This document shows, piece after piece, positions 45,270-52,991 of a DNA stretch of 52,991 bases. Every line of letters starts with the position of its first letter. Within the stretch, counting starts at the first letter, position 1. The DNA lies in the NCBI GenBank assembly GCA_037138855.1, contig JBAXHO010000003.1:1-52991 (forward strand), written 5' to 3'. Below the pieces are notes generated by a model. The model made no database searches, was not told the DNA's origin, and saw nothing but the letters and a program-made list of their open reading frames with translations. This DNA is from a bacterium (GTDB taxonomy: Bacteria > Patescibacteriota > Dojkabacteria > B142 > OLB20). The translations under genes and the position numbers were made by a program.

Positions 45270-45616
45270 TAGCCACCGAATTGATTAGTTAAAAGAGTTG
45301 AGGCTCTTCCGCTTCTTTGTTGTAATTGCGTTAGAGTGTTAGCTCTTTGTGCTTGCACTGTTGCACTGTCAGGAGTTGGGGCAACTTGTGGCGTTGATAT
45401 TGGTTTGAGAAGACTTCCTTGGAGTTTTTTAGCGTTTTCGGTTGCTTTAGCAGCAGTTTTCATAGCATAACCAGATGCCACAGCTGGTGCGGCACCAACT
45501 AATCCAGCTCCTAAAAGGGCAGGAGCGACAATCCCAGCAGCAGCGCCGCCAGTTAAAGCAATTGCTGAAATTGCTGCCACTGTCATTAAAGCATTTCCTG
45601 AGCTTTTACCACTCAT
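45269..45616 (-). CDS. Small virion protein (pre-portal, T7 gp7.3-like position)
   Basis: Ala-rich; GRASTLLT C-terminal motif. Confidence 0.65.
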   Translation of the reverse strand: MSGKSSGNALMTVAAISAIALTGGAAAGIVAPALLGAGLVGAAPAVASGYAMKTAAKATENAKKLQGSLLKPISTPQVAPTPDSATVQAQRANTLTQLQQRSGRASTLLTNQFGG

Positions 45617-47196
45617 AATTCCCTCCGTTCTGCGTATTTATCATTCATTCTTGTTGGTCTAACGTAATTAAAATTAAATCTTGGCATTGTTTCTGGTATT
45701 AATCCTTTTCTCCCACCCCACCAAGCTATTACTACGGCATCAGCTTCATCAGGAGAATAACCTAGCTTTTCTTTTACTTTTTCTTTTGGCTCAACTTGAA
45801 TTTTAACGCCTCTAATCTCAAAGGTAGGAGCGGTTAAACCAGCTAACATCCTTGGATCATTTGGCAATTCAATATGAGAACCACCATCTTGTTCGGGATT
45901 AAGAGCTTCTCTAAATTCCCAATAAGCTTGCGATCTGGCATTGGTAAAGGTTAATTTACCGTCTGAACTTCTTCGAGAAGGTGTTTCACCACCTCTAAAA
46001 GCCACCATCATTTCAGTTCCGATGGAATCTTTTAACATTTTCCAAACGCTGCCACCATATCCGCCACCCATATCAATTGTAATATGTGAGCGATCTCTTC
46101 TATTTTTTATAAGTTCTGCCAGCATTTCCTCACCAGCATCGTTTTGAGTAGTATTAAATTTAACTATTTTCCCAAAATAATGATCGTAACGAGTAACGAG
46201 ACACGCAAAATCTTTTCCACCAGCAGAGCAATCTAAGCCAATATTGCACATTGGAATCCCTTGTGGTGGAATTGTTCTTTGCTCATGTCTAGCAATAGCC
46301 GCTTGAACCCAAGCAGTAGGATTAACTTGATTCTGTTGATCCTCTCTTGCTGCTAAGAAGTTCCCAGAAAGCAATTGCGAACGAAAAGGTTCAGGAATTG
46401 TTTGCAGGTTCTTCTTATAATCAGCAGGGTTTAAATATGGGTTATCCTCAAGTCTGGCAGGAATGTAAGTTCTTGAGTGCGGGTAATAATCCACGCCGTC
46501 AATTGTAATTACGCTCTTGTCAGCAACCTCTTGAGATTTGCCTTCAGAATTGAAGATAAACCATCTTAACTCACCAAACTTAGCTGGATTTGGATATTTT
46601 GGATCAAGCCAAGGAGCAAAGAAAGTTCCTAGCCAATCACCTGTTGAATTTACAGGAGGGTTTGAAGCTAGAATAATTCTACATCTTTGACCTTTTACTG
46701 TTGTTCTATTCCAACCGATCATTAATCGGATGTCATTTTCTGGTAATTGTGCAGCTTCATCGACTCCAATGAAGTCAAAAGCGTTACCTTGTTTGCCCGT
46801 ATCAAGCTCACCAGATGAACCCATTCCTTGAAATGAGATTATTTTGCCGTCCGGGCTTTTATATTTTGGTCTATTCCCTCTAACGATTCCGTCAGAAGTC
46901 TTTAAAATTCCTTGTAATCCATCAACCACAGCTTCTAAATCCGTGAATTGTTTGCGGATTATTAAGCTTCTTTGGTGTTGCGTAAGTGAGCAGCCCAATA
47001 GTAAAGCACTTTTTCCTCCACCGGGCTGCCCTCCATAAAGAAGAATGTCGGCTTTGGAAAGGTAAGCGTCTGTTTGAGGTCCGGCATTGGGATACCAAAC
47101 CTCGTCTGGCAAGACCTCATTTACTTCTTTCTCCAATTCTAAAAACTGTTGTGGAGTTAAGTTTTGTTGAAGTCTTGCCAGAATTTCGTCAAGCAT
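45613..47196 (-). CDS. terL: Terminase large subunit
   Basis: Walker A YGGQPGGGKS, Walker B FIGVDEA, ASNP, DNPYL; nuclease motifs IGLDCS and SPDEADA. Confidence 0.93.
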   Translation of the reverse strand: MLDEILARLQQNLTPQQFLELEKEVNEVLPDEVWYPNAGPQTDAYLSKADILLYGGQPGGGKSALLLGCSLTQHQRSLIIRKQFTDLEAVVDGLQGILKTSDGIVRGNRPKYKSPDGKIISFQGMGSSGELDTGKQGNAFDFIGVDEAAQLPENDIRLMIGWNRTTVKGQRCRIILASNPPVNSTGDWLGTFFAPWLDPKYPNPAKFGELRWFIFNSEGKSQEVADKSVITIDGVDYYPHSRTYIPARLEDNPYLNPADYKKNLQTIPEPFRSQLLSGNFLAAREDQQNQVNPTAWVQAAIARHEQRTIPPQGIPMCNIGLDCSAGGKDFACLVTRYDHYFGKIVKFNTTQNDAGEEMLAELIKNRRDRSHITIDMGGGYGGSVWKMLKDSIGTEMMVAFRGGETPSRRSSDGKLTFTNARSQAYWEFREALNPEQDGGSHIELPNDPRMLAGLTAPTFEIRGVKIQVEPKEKVKEKLGYSPDEADAVVIAWWGGRKGLIPETMPRFNFNYVRPTRMNDKYAERREL

Positions 47197-47756
47197 TAAG
47201 CAGCAAAATCAGTTGGGATAACATCATAGACAGCTAAAACTTGTAATCCGAAGTTGCCAGTTGTAATATTTCCTACCAATAAAGCTAATTGTAATGCAGT
47301 GTTATCAATTGGCGTAATGTCGCCAGCAGTTGATCCAGTTGTTGCCGAAGCATTAGCGTAGCGTATTTGAGCAGTTGCTTGATCTAAAAAGCCAGTTGTT
47401 TCAATTACAGAAGAAACTTGCGCTCCACTTGCATATTTTACAACCAAATCTTCACCAGCAGCAATTCCAGCGTAAGCCGTTCCTGCGTCGTGTCTGATGG
47501 CAACATATCTCAAAACGTTAACAAATCCCGCCTCTGGTGCCGGAACAATTTCCACGGGAGTTGTGAATAATGCTAGTAATTGAGCTGAAGTGATTGTTGT
47601 TACTTTTGAAAGACCAAACTCGCATTTGTTTTGCAAGCAAACGCCGTTTGAAGTTTGAGCAACGATTTGATCCTTGTTGTCTCTGCCAGTTGAGAGAATA
47701 CCAAATCTTCCGTTAAAATCTTGACCTTGTAAGTTTGCAATTTTTTGAATAGACAT
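47196..47756 (-). CDS. Putative virion structural protein
   Basis: TITSAQLLALFTTPVEIVPAP motif seen in phage structural proteins. Confidence 0.55.
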   Translation of the reverse strand: MSIQKIANLQGQDFNGRFGILSTGRDNKDQIVAQTSNGVCLQNKCEFGLSKVTTITSAQLLALFTTPVEIVPAPEAGFVNVLRYVAIRHDAGTAYAGIAAGEDLVVKYASGAQVSSVIETTGFLDQATAQIRYANASATTGSTAGDITPIDNTALQLALLVGNITTGNFGLQVLAVYDVIPTDFAA

Positions 47757-47774
47757 ATAATTTATTAATTTGAA

Positions 47775-48137
47775 TTAGTTAACTTGTGAATAAAGAGCGA
47801 TTTGTAGAACACACGAAGAAGGGGCGATTATACTGAATCGAGTAATGTTCGCACCAACGCGTCTTATTGCCGGATTAATTTCTAACCCAGTTCCATTTGT
47901 TATCGATGTTGATGGCACAGTTGCACCAGTTCCATTCCATAACACATAAAAGTTTTCAGTGCATGAGAAAATCATGGCTCTTGGAGTTATACCAGCAGAA
48001 TCCACCAAATCAGAAATATTAATATTTATCGCAGTATTTGCAGGTAACACATAATTATTAACTGATAGAGGTGGTTCGAGTGCAAAAGTTGTGTTATCAC
48101 GAACTCGCATCTCATTTAATATTGTTGAAAGTGCCAT
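47775..48137 (-). CDS. Hypothetical (putative virion) protein
   Basis: Beta-rich 120-aa ORF in the late operon. Confidence 0.55.
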   Translation of the reverse strand: MALSTILNEMRVRDNTTFALEPPLSVNNYVLPANTAININISDLVDSAGITPRAMIFSCTENFYVLWNGTGATVPSTSITNGTGLEINPAIRRVGANITRFSIIAPSSCVLQIALYSQVN

Positions 48138-48317
48138 GGATGTTTGGTTATAAAATTAATTTAATATAGTCTAGTGATGATCTAATGAGTGCCGTTTTGA
48201 CACACTTTAACTAAAAACAGACTTTTATTAAGAAATATTTAAAAAATATTAATTATTCTTGTTGACAATGATAAAAAAAAGCTTGACATTCCTCGCGTGG
48301 CAACAGGGAGGTTACAA

Positions 48318-48812
48318 TCAATCTTTATTATCTATTGTCTCTTTAGCTAAGAATGAAGCCAGTTTCCGAGCTAAGTTCGTCTTCCGCTCTTCAATCGGTA
48401 TCAAATCTTTTCCATCTTTTCCAGTTACTTGGAGTTTATCTACAAATAATCCTAGATGTTTTCCTAGCAACTCACTTGCTTTCAAAGCTGCTTGTGCATC
48501 AATCATCTTCTTTTTAACTCTTACATTTTCTCCATCATTTTGAGTAAATTCTTCAACTTGTTTATTAAAGTTTAAAATTTCCAAAAAGTTATTTATCACA
48601 AATTCCGCAGAAACTTGAGCTTTTTCAGCTAAAACAGCTTGTTTCTCTTGAATTTCTTCTTGAATGTACGGTTTTGACAAGTTTTCTGATCCTATTTGTC
48701 TTGCAGCAGTTTTACTATATCCTGCCTTTTTTGCTGCTTCCGTAGCATTTCCTTCTTTAACATATTCCCTAGCAAAAGCCTTCTGTTTCGGAGTTAGCTT
48801 CTTTTCTTTCAT
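48318..48812 (-). CDS. terS: Terminase small subunit
   Basis: LTPKQKAFAREY...NATEAAKKAGYS..A..IGSENLSKP and ELLGKHLGLF; likely start ATG 48812. Confidence 0.92.
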   Translation of the reverse strand: MKEKKLTPKQKAFAREYVKEGNATEAAKKAGYSKTAARQIGSENLSKPYIQEEIQEKQAVLAEKAQVSAEFVINNFLEILNFNKQVEEFTQNDGENVRVKKKMIDAQAALKASELLGKHLGLFVDKLQVTGKDGKDLIPIEERKTNLARKLASFLAKETIDNKD

Positions 48813-48813
48813 T

Positions 48814-48930
48814 TTATTTCTTTTTAGCGTTAGCAATAATCTTTTTAGCTGCTGCTTTGTCTTCTCTCTTATCAGCTTTAGAAGCTTCTACTTTTTTAAG
48901 CGCTGCTTTCATTGGCATTTTGTTTTTCAT
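48814..48930 (-). CDS. Small Lys/Ala-rich basic protein (38 aa; not in ORF track)
   Basis: MKNKMPMKAALKKVEASKADKREDKAAAKKIIANAKKK*, ending just before the terS ATG. Confidence 0.5.
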   Translation of the reverse strand: MKNKMPMKAALKKVEASKADKREDKAAAKKIIANAKKK

Positions 48931-48950
48931 AGTATCGGGTAATTTTGGAC

Positions 48951-48986
48951 AATAAAAAAGCCGCCCAACTGTTACGCTGGAGCGGC
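48951..48986 (-). terminator. Intrinsic terminator upstream of the late operon
   Basis: gccgc...gcggc followed by ttttttatt on the - strand. Confidence 0.75.
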
Positions 48987-49145
48987 CTCAAAAAAACAAT
49001 AATGTGATAAAACCCACACTAGATTTCTACATAGTCAACTTTGGATTATTAAATGCAACAACTATTTTAAAAATTCTTAAAATAATTTCTTCCACCTAAA
49101 GCTTGATATTCTTTATTAAGCGCCAAAATTATTTCCCATTTTTAA

Positions 49146-49676
49146 TCATAACTCTAATAATTTTTGACAAATTAATTTAACTCTCGCTTCTAAAACTGAA
49201 TGATTCATGCCTAGCATTTTCTCAACGCAGTTAAAGCTTTTCTCTTGTTCGAATACTAATTGAAGAATTTCTGGTAATTTTCTTGTTCTTTTCTGTTCAG
49301 CATTAAGAGCATAGATAGCTTTTTGGGCTTCATGAATAGATTTGCTTGCTTCTAATTGGCTTTTTGAGAGGGTTTTTTCTGAAGGTTTACCTGTTTTAGG
49401 TGGAGCTGAACCATCATACATTGGACGAGAGTGGTTGGAAAGGTTGGCTAGATTATAATCATTGCAATATTTACGACCTGCAAAATATTCTTGTCTTGTT
49501 AAAATACCTTTACGAAATAAGCGATCAATCGGATTAACGAAGGTTGCCATTAATATTTTACTATCTTTAATAACTTTTCTGACTTCTTTCCCTTCTGCTT
49601 CAATTTGCGCAATAAGAAAATGGTTTATTATCAGATGTTTTTTATTCACTTTCAATAATAGATTCGGTTGATTCAA
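49146..49676 (-). CDS. DUF6456-like late transcription regulator / antiterminator
   Basis: NPIDRLFRKGILTRQEYFAGRKYCNDY and a C-terminal HTH-like region; Q-like position before the terminase. Confidence 0.6.
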   Translation of the reverse strand: MNQPNLLLKVNKKHLIINHFLIAQIEAEGKEVRKVIKDSKILMATFVNPIDRLFRKGILTRQEYFAGRKYCNDYNLANLSNHSRPMYDGSAPPKTGKPSEKTLSKSQLEASKSIHEAQKAIYALNAEQKRTRKLPEILQLVFEQEKSFNCVEKMLGMNHSVLEARVKLICQKLLEL

Positions 49677-49965
49677 CGTCTGGCTTGTGATTTATATAAT
49701 CATTAAGCTTCTTCTTAGCTTCTCTCGCCGAGCAAAGTTTTTCTTCCTTTGCGCAATGACCCGTTCTTTTAGAATAATATTCTACCCCTTCTTTCCTAAA
49801 AATAATAGACGCAATTTCAATCGGAATAATTGCGGAGAGTTCTGGCTCACCTAATATTGTATATTCTACCTCTTTACCATCCTTACCTTTTTTCTTCTTT
49901 TTAAGGAAGGGAACATAGGTTTCAAAATAAAAAACTTTGTCGCCGATTTTAAATTTAGATTTCAT
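49642..49965 (-). CDS. Hypothetical protein (KFKIGDKVF start)
   Basis: First - strand gene; overlaps the next gene. Confidence 0.6.
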   Translation of the reverse strand: MKSKFKIGDKVFYFETYVPFLKKKKKGKDGKEVEYTILGEPELSAIIPIEIASIIFRKEGVEYYSKRTGHCAKEEKLCSAREAKKKLNDYINHKPDVESTESIIESE

Positions 49966-50272
49966 GCATTGTGTTAATTACTTTGTCTTCTGTCATTTTG
50001 CTACATACTTAAAAATTAATCTTGACAAGATTTCTACACATTAAACCTTGAAAAAATAAACGCAATTACTCTTTTCACCCCAAATCTTTTTTAAATTATT
50101 TTTTCATTTTCTTAAATCATTTCTCTACGGCAGCAATAATAATGCTGGTTTGTAGCTCTTAATCTTTGCATTGCCTACAGTCTCAAGGCTTCATCATTCT
50201 TTTATCTCTTGCGACTTACTCGCTCTAAGTCTAATTCTTTTAAATTATTTTAGATTTTCTTTTATTAATTTT

Positions 50273-50300
50273 TTGACTATTATTTTTTATTGTCTAAGAT
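50273..50300 (+). promoter_or_regulatory. Putative early sigma70 promoter
   Basis: TTGACT-N16-TAAGAT in the divergent AT-rich region. Confidence 0.55.
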
Positions 50301-50344
50301 GATGACACACCACAAAAAACAAATAACAAAAAATTTCACAGAAT

Positions 50345-50524
50345 ATGAAAATTTACAAAAGAAAAATTTTGCTTGCACGCCGCGCATTAAGAAAATTTTT
50401 ATCTAATGAAAGAGTGCGTCAAGTTAAATCATTATTAGACGCAGTGATTGCTTGCGACGCTATTGAATGCAAAGCATCAGAGAAGAAAATGAGAAAAATC
50501 TCAAAATTAATTATCTCTATTTAA
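50345..50524 (+). CDS. Small basic protein (59 aa; not in ORF track)
   Basis: First ORF after the early promoter. Confidence 0.55.
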   Translation: MKIYKRKILLARRALRKFLSNERVRQVKSLLDAVIACDAIECKASEKKMRKISKLIISI

Positions 50525-50575
50525 GAGCCTTACCAGTGCCGCCGCGAGTCCAGCGGCACAATGAAGGGCTTTTCT
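50523..50575 (+). other. Long interrupted hairpin (terminator or RNase III-like site)
   Basis: aagagcctt/aagggcttt outer stem and gtgccgc/gcggcac inner stem. Confidence 0.5.
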
Positions 50576-50602
50576 TCAAATAATAATAAATCAGGGGCTA
50601 AA

Positions 50603-50764
50603 ATGCAACTTCCAATTTCATCAAAAGACTTCAAAAAATTTGAAAAGCTTCAAAAACTTTTGAAAAAAATAGAGGAATTAGAATCTTTTCCAGCCAGTCA
50701 TCCGCGCTTTGATTTTTCCAAAAAAATTGCGGTAAAAGCTAAAAGAAAAATTTTTAACAATTAA
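50603..50764 (+). CDS. Hypothetical protein
   Basis: SD agggg before ATG 50603. Confidence 0.55.
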   Translation: MQLPISSKDFKKFEKLQKLLKKIEELESFPASHPRFDFSKKIAVKAKRKIFNN

Positions 50765-50779
50765 AAACAGGGGCAGAAA

Positions 50780-51001
50780 ATGAATTTAAAACAAAAAGAA
50801 ATTGAGCGCAAAGTAAAATTTTACGATCACGAATATTTTGAAAATTATTTTAAAGAATGGCAGGAAAAGCCGTATCTTTGCAAAAAATGGCAAAATGCAA
50901 AAAAATACACCCAAAACGAATGGCAAGTAAAAGTTTGCATTTTTAACGATCCATACCAAAGCAGCGGGTTCCGTCTTTGGTGCATTTCAAAACAATCATA
51001 A
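50780..51001 (+). CDS. Hypothetical protein
   Basis: SD agggg. Confidence 0.6.
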   Translation: MNLKQKEIERKVKFYDHEYFENYFKEWQEKPYLCKKWQNAKKYTQNEWQVKVCIFNDPYQSSGFRLWCISKQS

Positions 51002-51022
51002 AAACTAAAACAGGGGGCTAAA

Positions 51023-51307
51023 ATGGAAAAACAATTTATAATCAAAATTTATAAGAAAAAAGCTGGCGAACGTTATGAGACATTCGTTCGCGACATTTGG
51101 AGCGGTTGCGACAAAAAAACGGCATTCAAGGAAGGCCGCGCTGAGCTTATCAGATTAGCTAATTACGATATCTATTCCGGTGTTAGTGAATCAAGTGAAC
51201 TCGATATTATAGAAGAGATTAAATCAATCGAAAATGGATCCGATAACTATTATCACGATCAAACAACTTGGTCTTTTAAAATTTTTTCAAAATCGATCAA
51301 AAACTAA
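51023..51307 (+). CDS. Hypothetical protein
   Basis: SD aggggg. Confidence 0.65.
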   Translation: MEKQFIIKIYKKKAGERYETFVRDIWSGCDKKTAFKEGRAELIRLANYDIYSGVSESSELDIIEEIKSIENGSDNYYHDQTTWSFKIFSKSIKN

Positions 51308-51322
51308 AAAACGAGGTAAAAA

Positions 51323-51583
51323 ATGCTAAATAAAATCAAAAAATTAATTGCCGCCGCAAAATTCAACCGCGCACAAGATAAAAGATTTGCCGGCGTTTTG
51401 GATCAAAATTTCGAGCTAGAAGATGATGCGGGAATTTTGAGAACTTCAATTCTGGTAGGGATAATTGCCGCCGCTTGCTTCTGGCTAATCGTAATTGGCT
51501 TAGACGCGCAGGCGAGTAAGCTAGACAAGAAATTAGAGCAGCAAGAATTTTATAACATAATCAAAACAACTTACAATCAATAA
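51323..51583 (+). CDS. Single-TM membrane protein
   Basis: SD gaggt; central hydrophobic segment. Confidence 0.6.
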   Translation: MLNKIKKLIAAAKFNRAQDKRFAGVLDQNFELEDDAGILRTSILVGIIAAACFWLIVIGLDAQASKLDKKLEQQEFYNIIKTTYNQ

Positions 51584-51587
51584 ATTT

Positions 51588-52007
51588 ATGAGAGAAATAA
51601 AATTTAGAGCGTGGCATAAAAATTGGGGATCTTTTGCAAATCTTACAGAGGATTCAGATTTTATGGCTGGATTTAACGAAGAAGGGCAGATTTATATAAT
51701 AAACAATGGCTATCCTGACGAAAAAAATAGAGACTTCATAATCCAACAATTTACTGGCTTTCGAGATAGTAAAGGAAAAGAGATATACGAAGGTGATTTT
51801 TTACAATTTAACAACGATTCTAGCGTTGTTCGGTTAGTAGTTTTTCACCAACCAATAGGAGGATTTGGTTTAAAATACGAAGAAAAACCCGAAAGAATTC
51901 TGCCAATTATTGTACCTCTTACGATTGAAAGAGTTTTAGCCTATGAGATAGTAGGAAACAAATTTGAAAATCCTGAATTATTGGAGGTAAAAAATGGAAA
52001 TTCTTAA
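51588..52007 (+). CDS. YopX-family protein (second copy)
   Basis: MREIKFRAW, QFTGFRDSKGKEIYEGD, EIVGNKFENPELL. Confidence 0.9.
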   Translation: MREIKFRAWHKNWGSFANLTEDSDFMAGFNEEGQIYIINNGYPDEKNRDFIIQQFTGFRDSKGKEIYEGDFLQFNNDSSVVRLVVFHQPIGGFGLKYEEKPERILPIIVPLTIERVLAYEIVGNKFENPELLEVKNGNS

Positions 52008-52128
52008 CCTAATTGGGATAATTATAATTTTTTGCTACGTTACGCCATTGGCGATAATGGTTCTTCACTCTTTGGCTAAAAATGGATTTATCGAAACCTT
52101 TAAGAAAATAAACAATTTTAGGAAATAA
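51994..52128 (+). CDS. Small membrane protein (44 aa; not in ORF track)
   Basis: SD ggaggt; hydrophobic N-terminus. Confidence 0.5.
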   Translation: MEILNLIGIIIIFCYVTPLAIMVLHSLAKNGFIETFKKINNFRK

Positions 52129-52129
52129 C

Positions 52130-52348
52130 ATGAAAAATAAAATTATAATCACAAAAGAAATTCAGCCGCGCATTCATGTTAAAACTTTGACGGGCGAAAG
52201 TATTTTCGGCTCATTAAACATCGAAAGATTAACTAAATCAGATGAAGAAGGCGTTTATTTAATGTCTGACGGTGTACCCGTAACTTGCGATAAAGAAATG
52301 CTTGCAAGGATTAATGAACGCTTAGATTTTTTAAATTGGGGGAAATAA
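52130..52348 (+). CDS. Hypothetical protein
   Basis: Coupled ORF. Confidence 0.6.
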   Translation: MKNKIIITKEIQPRIHVKTLTGESIFGSLNIERLTKSDEEGVYLMSDGVPVTCDKEMLARINERLDFLNWGK

Positions 52349-52351
52349 ATC

Positions 52352-52624
52352 ATGATAAAAGAGTTTTACACAATTCAAAAATTTCAGAAAATTATTGAGG
52401 CTTTGGATCTTAATTTAGAGTTGCTGGAGTTAAAAATAGAGAAAGAAATGCACCACCCAAAAACTGGAGAATTGCACATCATAACTAAGCGGGAAGTGGG
52501 AAGCGGCGGTTATAACATAGTGCAATCTTTCAAAGATTTTAAGGAATTTAATATTTTTTTGGAAATCTTTCAAAAAAATATTAATAAATTCGCAAAATAC
52601 TTAATCAACCCGGAATTATTTTAA
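52352..52624 (+). CDS. Hypothetical protein
   Basis: SD ggggg. Confidence 0.6.
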   Translation: MIKEFYTIQKFQKIIEALDLNLELLELKIEKEMHHPKTGELHIITKREVGSGGYNIVQSFKDFKEFNIFLEIFQKNINKFAKYLINPELF

Positions 52625-52640
52625 TTAAAAAAAGGAAACT

Positions 52641-52991
52641 ATGAAAAAAACATTAAAAGAATTTTTAGAGAAAAATCACGCTTGCAAAGATGGCTTTGAT
52701 TTTGCGAAAGACTTAACACTTGAGGAGTTTTTAAACACTTGCGAGCGCGGTGATTGGATTTTGTGGCTATTTGCTAAAACTAACGCTGATTCTTTGCGAG
52801 AATTCACTTTGGCAAAGGGACATTGCGCGAATACCGTGCGGGAATTGATGAAAGACAAGCGAAGCACTAGAGCGGTTGATGTTGCAATTGCATTCGGTGA
52901 AGGTAAGGCGACAAGGGAAGAATTAGATGATGCTGCTGCTGCTGCTTATGCTGCTGATGCTTATGCTGCTGATGCTTATGCTGCTGATGCT
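52641..52991 (+). CDS. N-terminal part of the join-spanning Imm5-like / Ala-rich repeat protein
   Basis: MKKTLKEFLEKNHACKDG...RGDWILWL...DKRSTRAVDVA...ATREELDDAAAAAYAADA, open to the window end. Confidence 0.8.
   Translation, partial: MKKTLKEFLEKNHACKDGFDFAKDLTLEEFLNTCERGDWILWLFAKTNADSLREFTLAKGHCANTVRELMKDKRSTRAVDVAIAFGEGKATREELDDAAAAAYAADAYAADAYAADA

Overview
The window looks like a complete, circularly assembled genome of an AT-rich, podovirus-like tailed phage: bases 1-49 equal 52943-52991, and an ORF runs across the join. The host is probably an alphaproteobacterium, inferred from the SSB, TrpRS and DUF6456-like sequences. The + strand (about 50.3 kb, through the join, to 17.8 kb) carries early and middle genes. 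These include many small hypothetical ORFs, a DUF6291-like replication initiator with an upstream iteron region, a Sak4-like ATPase, an exonuclease, a NinB-like protein, HNH, SSB and RusA, two YopX genes and two ASCH-like paralogs. An unusual cluster encodes a minimised ABC ATPase, a shortened tryptophanyl-tRNA synthetase, a degenerate GNAT and a metallophosphoesterase. The - strand (about 50 to 17.8 kb) carries a DUF6456-like late regulator, terminases, portal, scaffold, capsid, tail tubular proteins A and B, internal virion proteins (including a 3090-aa polyvalent protein), a tail fibre, the lysis cassette and a vWA/TerC-like/HTH moron. I recognised no integrase, DNA or RNA polymerase, reverse transcriptase or CRISPR array. 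The most striking unexplained signals are non-coding: a roughly 460-nt ornate structured RNA (1611-2078) with a second structured element next to it, and a nested tRNA-like RNA (16476-16604) about 1.8 kb downstream of the truncated TrpRS. All protein calls come from motif recognition by eye and all RNA pairings were read by hand; no database search or folding program was run.
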